Shown here: positions 1-13,224 of the stretch, one piece after another
Numbering within the stretch: the first letter of the stretch is position 1
How the letters are laid out: every line of letters starts with the position of its first letter
Assembly: GCA_039621445.1 (NCBI GenBank)
Contig: CP154954.1
Location: 16,634,140-16,698,139 of the forward strand
DNA length: 64,000 nt
Direction: 5' to 3'
DNA from: Euglena gracilis
Lineage: Eukaryota
Made by a program: the position numbers and the translations under genes
The notes under the pieces: model-generated
Seen by the model: the letters and a program-made list of their open reading frames with translations, nothing else
The model's database searches: none
What the model was told of the DNA's origin: nothing

Positions 1-3000
1 CATAAAACGGCCACAGCTTCAAATTTGAGATACGTGAGACGAGTCCCTTTAAGTCCCGAGCTTTGCTAACAAAAAGGCCAAAGCCATAACTCGTCCAGGG
101 CACTTGATATGTTACAAATTTCGGGTCCCACACACAAATAGCTCAAAAACCTTAAGAAATGGCTCAATCTGCAACGACAAGTCTGCATGAAATCCCGGTA
201 AATTAACATGGACATTCACAGGTCCTTGACCCTGTGAATGCCCGAATAACCTACGGGGGGGGGCAAAGAAAAAAATGATCGTTTTGGTAACCTGGCACAC
301 CGCCAGGTTTTTTGGTGGGGGTTTGGAGGGGGGGGGGTGCCCTCTCCATTGTACTGGCCATTGTTCAATGCTGTCCGAGTGGCTTTTCGGGGCACAGCGA
401 ATCACCACAGATCAGTGAAGGCCAGCTGCAAAAGGTGGAAATTTTCAGACCGTCGCAAAAGGTTTGGACTCATCATTGTAATTTTCTGTCGCAGTCACCC
501 CTTGATGAGAAAAAAAAATAATAATAATAAATGCGTGATGGATTTGGTGCCCCAGGATGTGGAGTTCCCTGAGGGTAAAACAAGGTTCATCCCCAATGGC
601 TCCCAGGCGAACAGACCCGGTTCAAATATGTCACTTTTTGATATTAGATGAGTGGGGAAGAACCGCCTTGGCTTTGGAACAGGCAGCCACAATAACAAAA
701 AAAGCAGGGCAGGGAAGCGGCAAATGCATATAACGAACCTCTTCCAGCACATCATTCTCAATACTAAAATGCAACCAAGGAGGGACAACACACGAAGATG
801 GAATTGTTTGCCTCCTCCTTTGTTTGTTGAATACCAGAGGGGGGGGTGGTGAATCCTACCCAGTTTGCACCCCTTGTTGACTGAATACCTCGGGCCTGGT
901 GGGAGTTAGGGGCCAACCAGAAGTGGTTCAGAAAGCCGGGATCCAGTCGCTCGCGATTGGGAAAAAATTTTGGGAACGGGGCAGGGGTCATGGTGATAAT
1001 CTGAAGTTTTCATTCCCATTGAAGAAAGGCCATCGCTCATCCACCCAAAAAGTCAAAAAATGCGGTTTTTTTATTTCATAATATTTCATTTTCAACCCTG
1101 TTCAACGCCCAGACCGGCCATTGGCAGTTCCTTAGTCCTAAGGCGGTCCATAATGGGGCAGTCTTTAAAAAAAATACACTGCCCCATTGACCGACCTGCC
1201 CTTGGGGGAAAAGCACATGGACCCAATGGACCAATGCATCACCTGTCCCGAGACGTGTACATCTGGAGGGAGGGGGCAGCCATCAGGCACCAGGTTTTCG
1301 GCGCATGATGCATGATGCATCGCCAGGTTCCAAGTGGTGGGCAAATGGGAGATCACGTAAAATAAAAGGAGAAATATGAAAAATCCAGATATTATGTGAA
1401 AAGGGGAACTCTGGGTGTCTTTTTGAGCTTGAAGAATTTCCCCAATAATACACCCCCCCGACTCAAGTACCCACCCTGGGCCCAAGTTTTGGATACCTGT
1501 ATAATAAAACACCACCAGGTATACCATTTGGGGGAGGGGTTTCATTGGGCGAGGGTCGCACCAGTAGGGCCTTGGTAGGTTTGTTGTACCAAGCATAATT
1601 TTAAAATATGCTTTTTTTCAGAGGGAATTTGATGAGTTTCCGCTTTGCTTGATTTCTATCAAGGAGTGTGGCTGGGGGTACATTATTTGGGCAGCTGAAA
1701 TCGCAGGCCAGGGGCGGGGTATATTATTTGGGGGGAAGTTTGTGAGGGTGTTTTGAAGGCTGCCGATCGATCATCTTCCCTCCATGTCTGTTGGATTTTT
1801 GGACGCACCTGCCATCAAGGGTCTCCATCCACCATGCCACCACAGTGTCCCCCAAGAGCTTGGGTTTCGGAGAGGGTCAGCGTTACAGTTGGTGTTTCGA
1901 ATTGAGGGTGAGGATTAGGGTTTAGGGCTGACGTCGGCGTTATTTCAGACAACTTCAGGTCTGAATTTGGACCTAATTTGGCCGATTCTTAAGACCAAAA
2001 TCCTAAAACTTTCGTTATTCTCTGCAATAACGCCAGCGCTGCCACAGATTGGGAGATGAAAGTGGCTGAACTGCAGCGGGTTTGAGTGTTTTAAGGGTGG
2101 GACATAGAAGTAAACAAAAGGTAAGTCCCGCCAGGCTCCGGCCACCTCCACGTACACAGACAAAAGGTTCAGAGGCAAAAAACAGCCAGAAGAAGGGAAC
2201 AGAAGAAGGGATAAAAGGCACCAAACAAACAGCCACAGTGCACACAGGGGCACTCGGGCCGAAAAGGCCAGAAACTTCAAAAAAAAATTCCCGTGGCTTC
2301 CGCGCCGGGTGGCCACTTTCGGGCATTCGTGGCCAACCTCCCGGGGGGGGGGGGCGTCCGGAGCCAAAAAACACTCCTAAAAAACCAGCCAATCACCCCC
2401 CTGGGGGTCAGACAAACCTTAAGCAATGGTATAGTCAGGACCCCCCTCCCCCGAACAAACAATTTTTTTTCTTCTCAAAGCGCCAGAAAAATTGGGGGGC
2501 CAAAAAAAAATGCATTTCACATTATTTTTTTTAACAATGACAATTTTTGGTTCTGGGCCGGGGCTTAGGCAGCCGAATTCGCACTTAAGGGTTTTCCCTT
2601 TAGGATGGGCGCATTTGCGCAAATGTACCATTTTTTTGTAACCCCTGGGACCCTGTACCCTGCCTGCCAAGAAAAATTTTTGTGATCGCGGACGGAACTC
2701 ATTAGGGCTGGGCAATTCGAACCCCTTCGAATACAAACTTGACTTCGCGACCGAACGGGCGCGCGAACATTTGTACCTCTCCCTCTCCGCAGATGGTTGT
2801 CTGCACACTGTCCGTGGGACACCCGCCGACACCCTCTTCCACCCCACACCACCCCGCGGCACCCAACTGGCCAGATCTGACGGCGTACGGTTTTTGACTT
2901 TTGGGTGTCCAAATGTGACCTGTGGATACTGAACGTTTGCCGGGCGATGAAATCAGACACCCTTGATGAATTTCGAAATTATTGTGATGGTGTGTTGGGT

Positions 3001-3707
3001 GCCATGACTTATGAATTACAATGTAATTGGGTGTGTCTGGAGAGGGGTGTGACACCCCTGTTTTGGACAAGGGCGAAGAAATGCCCGGTGATTGGAACCT
3101 TCTAATTGGTGTACGGAATAAATTTTGTTTGTGGCGCACTGCACACTTGCGCAAATGCGCGCATCAAACGATTATTCCTACTGTGATTGACTGTGCTGCT
3201 GAGAGGGTGGTTGACGCCCCAGATTGTGTCAGAAATGAAAAGTGGTTGTTTAACGACCCAGAGGGCGTTGTGCTGCCAGTCTATTGACCTGCACGTTGTC
3301 ATTCACTCGTTGTGTCAGTGGGGGTGTGATTTGTATGGCTGGTGGAGACGCTATGACCCATGGGAAGCTACGCTGCTCACCATTTGAGAGTGTGTGTGTG
3401 TTACGTGCTGGGTGGCTAAGGCTCTATGGTGGTGTATGGCCGGTGTCCCCTGTCTGGAGTTGACGTACATGGGGGATGGCCAGGCAGGGTACAGCGGTGT
3501 ATTAATGTGTGCTTTTTTGTTTGTGGACTTGCGCATTTTGCGCGCACAAACAGTTCCAAATAAAAGAAATGACACACAGGATTGTGGGACGTGTAGCGCG
3601 TAATGTGTCTGTATGAGTGATGTGGACAGGGTGGCGACAACGGGGGTGTGAAGTTAACAGATTTGAGGTGGTGGCGAAAAGGCGGCGTGCCGGCAGACCA
3701 GGACTGA

Positions 3708-6631
3708 ATGGAGTCCTTGCAGGCCAGCAGCACCCACTCCCGCCGCCGTGGCTACGAGGGCTACAGCGAGGAGGCCGCCTTGGCCGCGGAGGCCAGGAAG
3801 GTGCTGGGCCAGCTGGTGAAGGCCCACTTCGCCACCAGCTACGAGGAGTTTGTGGCGGCGGTGGTGCAGCGCGGCCACCCGCTGCAGACCCTGGTGGTGC
3901 AGGTGGCCCACACCCGGGTGCCGCTGCGGACGGAGGGGGGCGCGGCACTGCTGGAGGAGCTGGCCCGGGAGCCGCGGCGGCCGCGGATTGAGCTGCTGCT
4001 CAAGGACGCCTGGGCGGTGTACCGGGCGCTGCGGCAGCACGCCTGCCCGCGGTCGGCGCAGCGGGTGGTGGCGGAGGAGCACGAGGCGCTGCTGGCCAGG
4101 CACCGGGCGGCCAGCCGGCTGCTGCGGCCCAGTGGGATCCTGCCGGAGGAGCCGATGTGGAACCGGCAGTGGCGGCGGCAGCGGGCCTGTAAGCGGCTGG
4201 AGGACCTGTGGCAGCAGTCGGAGGGGCGGAGCTGCGTCCTGTGGTTCGACAACTTCTGGAAGAGGGCCATGACGTCGAACCCCCGGATGGTGATCCGCAC
4301 CCACGACTGCTGCGTGATGGCCATGATGCGGACGGCGGTGGACGCCATGCCGGAGTACCTGGGGTACCCGTCGCTGGAGCAGCTGCTGGGCCGCATCCAC
4401 CGGGTGTCCGCACGGCTGGTGCGGAGCGACCTGCCGGCGTTCCTGGAGCTGGTCTCGGAGATCAGCGCACGCCCGCTGGAGGCGCACGAGCTGCGCGTAC
4501 CGCTGGGCGTGCGCCGAACATCAGAATGACTGAATTTTTTTTTGGAACAGCCTGTGCAGGTCAATGGGATGAGGGGACAGAACAACTGCTTATGTTGGTG
4601 TTGATGTGTTGGTGGGAAATGGGTGCCTGTCAGCTGAAGAGAACTAAATTACACCGACATGCGCGCAAACACGCCAACATTACTCTGCATTACATGTTTT
4701 GAATTAGTCTTCGGTGATACAGCAGTGTTTCGTGCAAAGTTCTCTTTTGTACTGTTGGTTCAATTTGATTTGCGCATTTGCGCGCAGGTGCAATTTTAAA
4801 TCAGCCAAGGTACCGGACCTTACCCTGTATCTGATTAACGTTTGTAAACTGATTTGATGCGCGCATTTGCGCAAATGCGCGCATCGAATCAGTTTACCCT
4901 TTGTTTAGTATCGGTTGTGTGACTACGAAGTTGGTTTCACCCAGAAGGCGGTGACTCTGATGCCGTTGAGAGAACGCTCGGTGCCCGGTGTGGCGCCCCT
5001 TCATGCTGACGGACGACCGGATCTCCTCCCAGGTGGGGATGCTGAAGGTCATCCGCTTCCTGAAGGGTGATGTGCTGTCCCGCTCGAGGGCCCCGCTGCC
5101 CCTGCTGGTGGACATCAGCCTCTGGTACCGCCAGCTGAAGGTGGTGTACGGGCGAGAGTGCCAGAGGTGGGACGCGAGCGAGGCGCTGCGGCAGCTGCCC
5201 CCGCTGTACGGCGTGTGGCACGTGTACAAGCAGGTGCTGTACGTGCTGTACCGCCGCCTACTGCCGCTGTTCCTGTTCCTGCAGCGGGGCACGATGGCGC
5301 CGGGCGAGCAGTGGTCCACCAAGCGGGCGATGGAGATGTGGGTCGGCGCCATGCTGATGAAGCCAACGGACCGCCGCGCCCGCCTCCGACGGCTGATCCG
5401 GACCCTGCGACGGTGTCGGGACACCGTGCTGCCGGAGGTGGAGATGCAGCGGGCGTGGCAGTCGGGGAGCGGGGAAATGGAGTGCATCCGGCGGGTGGAG
5501 GACTGCCGCCGGAAGGAGGCCCAGGCGGTGGAGGCCCTGGAAGAGCTGGAGCTGGACCTGGTGGTGGCGCAGGCGCTGGAGGACCTGCTGGTGGTGTGGG
5601 CGCCGGCCTGCTTCGCGCTGGGGTGGCAGATGCGGGAGTCCCACTGGGAGGAGCGGCGGCCGCAGACCGGTGGACAGGCGCGGAAGGTGCTGTGCAACGC
5701 CCTGACGATGCTGCTCCACCTGGAGGCGCCGACACCCGGACACTGGCCGCGCGGCCACTCGGACTACGTGCGTAGGCTGGCGTGCACGCTGCTGATGTGG
5801 GACCGGTGGCACGAGCAGCTGCCCGCCTGCTGCTTCTCCGAGGAGGTCAACGAGGCGACCCTCAGCAGGCTGGGCGGCTCCATGCAGCAGCACCCGGAGG
5901 CGGTGGAGGTGGAGGACGTGATGGACCTGTACCTCCTGGTGAGGCAGGGGCACCACGGTGCCCGGGAGCTGCGAGCGGGCGGGGTGGACCGGCGGTGGAT
6001 GGCGGACTGCCTGCGCAACCTGGACTACCTGCTGGACGGCAGTGAGCTGCGCCCACCGCTGGACGCCCCCGACCGCCTGGTCCACCAGATGGTGACGTTC
6101 ACGTCGGTGAAGGGGCTGCGCACGGAGAGACGGCAGCCCGAGGACCTCGACGCGGACGAGGGGGAGGAGTCCGAGGACCAGTCGGTGGTCCTGCGGTGGC
6201 CGGACGGCTGGGTGGGTCCGCCATCCCTGCTGGCGCTCGACGCTGGACCGAAGGGCGAGACGGCGCTGAAGGACGTCCTGCAGTACGCGCTGCTGACGCT
6301 CCTGAAGGACCAGGTACCCTCCGCCGACGCTGCGACGGAGCTGGACCAGCTGTGCTACGACGCGCAGGCTGGCAGCAGTCGCCGGTCGCAGGCGGGGTTG
6401 GACCTGTGCCAGGTCCACTGGGACAGCGTGCTGGGTCGCCGCCGTCCACGCCAGGAGAGGGCTCCTGGGGAGGCAGCAGCCAGACTCGCGGTTGCGCAGT
6501 CAATTTGGGGGGCTATTCACTATCACCGTTGTCCTGCTAACATTCATATCTCAGGAACACGGAAGTGTTACTTAGCATTTGCGCATTTGCGCGCACAAAA
6601 AATAAAAAAAACATGTGCACGTGTGTGGTGA
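3708..6631 (+). CDS. Putative Academ-like DDE transposase; two exons 3708-4515 and 4968-6631, about 823 aa
   Basis: Strong GC3 codon bias. The two ORFs join in frame (..VPLGVRR|ENARCPVWRP..) across a non-conventional intron. Motifs WFDN (D at 4248), LLVD (5111), LYGVWH (~5210) and FSEEVNE (~5840) are conserved in order in the paralog at 56-59 kb. The last ~45 codons lose the coding bias and may be intronic. Confidence 0.7.
4516..4967 (+). other. Euglenid-type non-conventional intron
   Basis: 5' CATCAGAATGAC (4519) pairs with 3' GTGACTCTGATG (4951-4962). There is no GT-AG. The +4/-6 register gives a frame-preserving junction; the boundary can slide 2 nt on a GA repeat. Confidence 0.75.
4844..4897. 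repeat. 54-bp near-perfect palindrome inside the intron
   Basis: GTAAACTGATTTGATGCGCGCATTTGCGCAAATGCGCGCATCGAATCAGTTTAC has one mismatch and a perfect 30-bp core (4856-4885). Confidence 0.95.
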
Positions 6632-9502
6632 TGCTGTCAATACGGTTGTACCTTATGAAACAATTTATACTTTTTATTTGCGCAATTGCGCGCATCAAAA
6701 GTATAAACTGTTCCATATTCATCCTAAGTGACATGTGCAGTAGGCCTTGTACGTGTACTTTTGACAATTTGGCTACCCTGGGGAGTTATTTCTGGATCAT
6801 TGGGATTACTTTAAGGGCTCCCGGGACCATGTGGGAGGCTTCCCTAAAAGACAACTCCCTGGGGAGGGAGGCAGTTCATACCGGGAAACGGGGGTTCTAA
6901 TTATGTAGCCCAAAAGGCGGGGTGTCGGGGGGGGGGGTTCCCCTGGAAAGCTTCGATGTTACTCATAAAGGGACAAGAGCTCAGCGACCCTAACCCTATC
7001 TGAACCCCAAGATTGACACACTGGAAAGCCAAACCCCCAAACATGTTCAAGAAAGTGTTCGTCTCTCTGTTATAAGGGGGGCAGTTCTCCAAGGATAACC
7101 ACCTTGATAGCTCAGACAATAGAACCTGGTCGGTTGCAATGTAATACCCAGTGAAAACCTGGTGGGAATCCCTTGAAGAGCACAAAAAGCCCAAGAGGCC
7201 AAAAAATGATGCCAAGAAAAAAATGGGGGGAAATATTTATTTGTGAACAGCTGCAAACCAAGTGACCAGAAAGAGATCAAATGCCCGGAGAATAATGAGG
7301 AACAGCGACAAGACACTTGGGACCTTGGGACTGGGTCAAGGCAGCGCTGATGGAACTGGGATGAGGTCGACTTAGACCCGCGGCACTTTCTTCAAATATT
7401 TTTTTAGTGTGACCGGAGCATTTTAATGTTGTCGAAAAAAATGCAATTCTCGAAGTCTCCTAATTTTTTTCAAAAAAGCGCATTTGAATTTCATTCTAGG
7501 TACCAAAAAACTTAAATGCAACATCGACAAACTCGCCTAAATCGCATTTGCCAACCCTCCAAATGTCGAACGGCAAGCCTTTCCAAAAAGGGTCAGCCAC
7601 AAAACAGGGCAGGCAGTTGGGGCTGTGCCTGCAGGACAATTTAACTGGCTGCTCGGCAAGCAGCAAGCAGCAAGCAGGAACAAATGGCACGCCGTCACTG
7701 ACTGTTCACCAACAACAAAGACCGCAGTCAAAGAAGGAGGTCACTGAATGGTGGAACCATGACTGCCCAGCAACGATGGAAGGAGTCGTAAGCTTTCACA
7801 ACGGGCTAGATTTGCTTCCAACACTGCGAAACCATAATGGACGGGGTTTAGAGTCCCAACCACAAACATGTATTGAAAAATAAACTACCAAAACAGAAAT
7901 TGTTTATTGCATTGTACAGTGGAATGTTCCTGAAACTTTAAACATGAAAACTTACTCCCCCCTCCCTGGGCGCTTGGGTCCGCTCCTTCTTACGTGCAAA
8001 CTTGGCCCCCGTAAAGTTGGTCTTCAGCTTTAACTTGCAATTTGGCCCCCCATTAATGCTTTGGTCCTCTTTTGCACATGGCTCACTGAAATCCTTAACA
8101 TGCAAACTTGGTTCCTGAGGTTGGCCCCCCGGCCTTGCCTTCAGTCATGGCCCAGGCCAAGCGCCTGGGGGGGGGGGGACACTCTTAGTTAGTTACGCTC
8201 TTGAGAATTCACCGACACCTCACAAAAGTCAGTATTAATATAATCCACTTCTTTCAGACACCTGGCGACCCACATAGTGAAAATGTGCGGCAACCAATAG
8301 ACGAGCCTGGTCCAAGCATTCCAGAGTTGCAAGCACGGATCAGGGATATATGAGAAGCCCGGAGAAGGGTGGGACCGACCAATGAAAATTTGAACTCTGA
8401 ATTATCTTCACAAAAAAACTGTCACAGCTTTTCTCTCGAGAAACTGTCATATTATCTTCAGAGGGGGGAAAACCTCCAAATTCCCCGTCACAAAAAAAAT
8501 CGAATTTGTTTCATCAAAATTACACAACCTCTTTTTTAATCCATGTTCTTATAGCACTCATTCCATTAATTTTCATCCCGGATGGATCAAGAAAAATTCA
8601 GAAACTATAAAAAACCAAAATGCAGACAAATCAAAACTTTCGCACACAAAAAAAAATACGTTGGGACAATATAATTTGGAGAAAATAAAAAAAAGGGAAA
8701 CACATTGGGAAACACATTGGGAAACATAAAAGACATTTATAGACAAAATTTCCAACATCTCCCACATTACCTTGCCCCATAAACAAATGACCGATAACTT
8801 TTCAAAACTTGCAAATAAATGTATAGAAGAAATTATATTTCATTCTGGCTCCTTTTTCTCCCTTTTGCCGTTTAAAAACGTTGAAAATAAAAGCTTCCTG
8901 AATTATTAGAGATGCATTTGATTTCGAGGGAAATATTTCATTTTTTTTTCACATCTGGGAGAAAAACTTAATAAATTGCGATTGAGGTACATAATTTTAG
9001 ACAACTTAACTTAACATTTGATTCCAAAAGTGGTTTGTGTGGCAAAAAGCACAATTTTGCAATTATATTGTTTTGTGCAAATTAACTATTTTCATTATCA
9101 ATTCTCTTCTCTGATTTTAGAAGCATATTTAGGCCTTTAAATGTAAAAAATACATGCTGAAAAAAAAGGAAATAATTTTTTTTTGAAAAACATCCTCCAT
9201 ATTGAATTATTGGCAGGAAAAAAAATTCTCTGACAACTTAAAAAAATACAATTTTGACCAAAAAAAAGCAAATTTGATGGACAAAATGTATATTGGGTTT
9301 CATGTTAAGCAAAAAAACTATTCTTGGATATTTCGGCGATTCTTCAATAATTTGCACATTTTATCCATTACATATAATGTTCATTTTTTTGTCCTTTCCA
9401 ACTGGGAGATATTTTTGAGGAAAAAAAGCCAAAATATTGATATCTGGAATTCACAAGAATACAGAGGGCTTCTTTTCATTAAAATATCAAAGAAATGTTG
9501 AA

Positions 9503-9510
9503 ATATATAT

Positions 9511-9589
<79 letters not shown>

Positions 9590-9780
9590 CATACATACAT
9601 ACATACATACATACATACATACATACATACATACATACATACATACATACATACATACATACATACATACATACATACATACATACATACATACATACAT
9701 ACATACATACATACATACATACATACATACATACATACATACAAACAAACATACATACAGACACACACACACACACACAC

Positions 9781-9871
<91 letters not shown>

Positions 9872-9903
9872 TACATACATACATACATACATACATACAT
9901 ACA

Positions 9904-9932
<29 letters not shown>
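9503..9932. repeat. Compound microsatellite (TA)n-(CATATA)n-(CATA)n-(CA)n-(CAGA)n-(CATA)n
   Basis: Directly visible tandem units. Confidence 0.98.
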
Positions 9933-9934
<2 letters not shown>

Positions 9935-9963
9935 GCATACATATATGTACATACGTATATATT

Positions 9964-10014
9964 GCAGGTGGGAAGTTTAATACCCCCCCGGGGGGTATTG
10001 AACTTCCCACCTGC
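9964..10014. mobile_element. 51-bp hairpin, possible minimal MITE in TA-rich DNA
   Basis: GCAGGTGGGAAGTTTAATACCCCCC-C-GGGGGGTATTGAACTTCCCACCTGC has 25-bp arms with one mismatch and is flanked by TATA. Confidence 0.6.
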
Positions 10015-13000
10015 CATATACATACACACACACACATATATATATACATATATGCATACATATATATATATACAAAACTTAATATATGTATATTTCTTAC
10101 AGAATTGGATCTTTGTTGTACTAAAACTCGGTTGCCTGACTTTTTTGCAATTCTTTATTTTGTTATTTTATTCTTTCGTTTGAATTCACATTTATTGTCT
10201 TTTATTATTTCTTTTAAAAAAATTGCAAAAGTGAAACCCCCCCTTCGCTTGACACAGCACACGCACAACTAGGAACAAGCCGTGGACAAGGGGGTTTGGG
10301 GACGGTACCGTCTGTCAACAGAACGGTGCCATTAGGGGATAGCAGTAGCAAAATGACCCCTTGTATGTGATTTTGGTGCTGTTTACCAATTATTGAGCAA
10401 ATCATCAAATTTCTTGAGACAATTAGAAGAAAAGGCATTGAATGTCATGATCTGAGACCGTTTTCAACAGAGCCCCCACCCCACCCCCCTGGGGTATGGG
10501 GTTTGGGGTGGCGTTGCAGTCAGTTTTTTCAGTGAAATTGGGGAAACAGGATCGAGGAGGAAATTCTTCCTAAATTTGCCTTGTGTGGGTCTGCTGGCAA
10601 CAGCTGTCCCCAAAGGATCAGACTTTCTATGAACAACCACGGGGGGTAGGGGGCCTTGTGCAACGAGGTGCCTGCCCGTGGCAGGCACGCAGTTCTGTTT
10701 TGGATTCCGAGTTTAGTCGACAGAGCCAATATTTGACCTTGAAATGGCGTTTTCGGGGCAGCGGTGCCTTCAGCGCCGGGGGGGGGGGTACAATAGCAAT
10801 ACCCACCCCAAACCCTGAAGTGCCCCTCCTGCCAGCTCGAATCCTGCAAAGGACACCACTGCTCACAAAAAAAAACCTGTTCACAAAAAAACAACCTTGT
10901 TGCAGTCGCATAAAATAATGTGTCATGACTTCTCCTGGCGAGCGATACCACAGGCCGGCAGGCAGAGCAAAACAGAGGCCACCAGGACGCTCACCGTCAC
11001 CAGAATGCACAGTGTGCACATGAAGCCCCCTTTCGCTGGTGCAATACAGGGGTTCAGTGACAGGCAAAACTGAACCTGCCTGCTGGTGTGGTCCAAACCA
11101 GGGTATTGACGCAGGGGCAAAACACCCAACAGTGGTTGTTTTGGGAGTGCGTCGTGTCAGACCAACAACACAGCGTTGCGGGATTGGCTGCCCACGTGGT
11201 CCGTACATTCCAATGATGACAGCCAAAGTCGCAACGTTATGCCTGTTGATTATTATGATGATTATTTTATTGACCAGATTTATACATATATGTATATTTC
11301 TGCATTCTGTTACCTCACCGACTACCCCCCCCCCCCAGCGGGTGGGGCACCTGTGGTGGAGGACCCTTTTGGGGGAGCCATTTTGTGCTGCCAAAAAATA
11401 AAGGTGCATCGCGTCAAAAAAAGCAGGGGTGGCTTCCTTCAAGGTCGCCACTAGTCCAGTCCCTCAGAGAGTGCGTCTGGCTACCCACCCGCCTGCCCAA
11501 CTACCAAAAAAAATCGACTCTCCTGTCGATTTCTAGCAAGGGGGTGCTTCCTTGTTGCGGCCTTCTGGCAGTGCTCTGTGAGAGGGAAAATGCATGCAAG
11601 GTTACAAGGGGCGTGATTGAGGGGCCCTTCTGACCCCTCCCCCGGGATTGGATCAAAAAGTATCCCCAACAAAAAATGTAATCTGCTGTCAAAGTTCACA
11701 TGCACACCTGATGCTGGGAGGGGGGAGGTAAAAAAAAAAGTTGTAACCCAGAAAGGGAACACCAAATTGTAACCAAATTGTAACCCACCCACAGGGTAGG
11801 GGTGATTGGGAATTAGGGTACAAGCCAGAAAGAGGAATTTGGATAAGAGGGGATTTGCTGAAATCCACCTCCGAAAAATTGGGGCAACCTGGCTGGCGTG
11901 GCAAATCCCCCCCAGCCAGCCCGGCAACCTTGAACCCCATTGGTATCAAACAGGTGTACAAAGAACCACCAAAAAATCCACGGTGGACTGGGGAAACTGG
12001 AACACCGGCATAAGAAATCGAGAAAACACTCTCAACCTGCAGTAACCTGCAGTTTGGTGGCTCGCCGGCCCAACCACTGTCCAATTTCAGGCGTTGGTGC
12101 TGCCATGCGAGTGTTGGTCCATAAATTGTGCTGTCATCAGTGCTCTGGGGTACCTTCTCAGCCAAAACCCACACAGCAACTTACGGTCAGCCGACAGATC
12201 GCCGCAGCAAGCTGTGATAAGGGGGAGGGGGCGTGGTTTGGAATACCGCCAGTCGGCATCAGCCACCCCAAAGTATGACCTTCCCGGAACCCACCCCTAC
12301 CCACGGCAGGCTGGGCTGCGGGGCTGAAAACAGTTGGTTTGGGCCCTTGCCCAGGTTGGTTGCAGGAGGGGGGCGGAGGTAAGTCCATCCCAACCACTTT
12401 GAAAGGAAAATTCCTTTGGTGCCTTTTGCGCGAAAACTGAAAAGACGACGACGGCGGCTGATGCTGGGTGGGTGTCGAGGGTTTGATATAAAGGCAAATG
12501 GGGAGGGTCGGACCCCCCCTCCAGTCCAGCAAGAGGGGGTGGTTGGGGGGACACCCCCCTCCTGTACAGTGGCACAGTCCAGGTGGCCGAAATTCTGCCC
12601 GGTGCGAAGCGCTGTGCCGATGCCCGGATGGTGGTGGCAGACCACCTTGGTTCTGGGCGCGCATGCTCTGCAGGTGGGCTAGTCGAGTCACGGCCCCTTG
12701 GGCACCCACCTGGAGAGCACCTCTTCAGTTACATGGCCCTCGGGTGTGCCCCCACACCCGAGGTACGGCCCGCGTCCGAACTTCCGTTGCCTCGGATTGG
12801 GGGCTTGTGGTGCAACCCCATCTCCTTGGCATAAAGGTGGTCACCCCTCTGGGATACTCTGGTCCGCGGCCAGCACCGACGGGGTCCTGGCTACCCCTCA
12901 GCCCGCCTCTTTCACCCAGAGATGGGCCAGACTTCCTGGAGCGACCCGCATAGAGTCGCCGTGGGGAGCCCTAGCCCGCGTCTCACCAGGAGGGTATAAG

Positions 13001-13224
13001 GGGCTTCACCCACGTGACTCTCTCCCCGGTGCCGAATTGCACTTGGGGCTGCGCGGGAGGACCTTTCGCTCGAGTCCTCGCAGGCCGAGAGCACCACCTC
13101 GGTTGCTGCGTGGGGGACCTCGTTCATATGTTTAAACCACCTGAGCTGGCGGGAGCCCATATTGTATCCTCGCCGTGGGCGGTTGCATGGTTGCATGGGC
13201 GGTTGCAGTTGCGCGCGCTCTCTA

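Larger units (their letters stand above)
2601..6759 (+). mobile_element. Element 1: putative Academ-like DNA transposon; right part interrupted at ~6760
   Basis: The span is defined by copies of the GCGCA(T/A)TTGCGC palindrome (2609, 3147, 3529, 4770, 4856, 6575, 6677) around a transposase-like gene. It begins TAGGATGGGCGCATTTGCGC. Homology to the inverted copy at 13.4-14.35 kb stops at 6759, while that copy continues with more motif-bearing sequence. No TIR or TSD was confirmed. Confidence 0.5.

Noticed and set aside
1-1600. Possible decayed retrotransposon coding sequence (also 6780-7880 and 8500-9480)
   Set aside because: Only vague motif traces amid homopolymer noise; no family could be supported.
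3654-6418. Long antisense or alternative-frame ORFs over the transposase genes (also 57447-58559 and 60951-61931)
   Set aside because: Shadow ORFs of GC3-rich coding sequence. The conserved motifs and codon bias lie in the + frame.
9381-10183. ORFs rich in YVCM/HTYI/TDRQ; likewise the VC/HT ORFs at 40344-41080 and 44536-45228
   Set aside because: Microsatellite translation artefacts.
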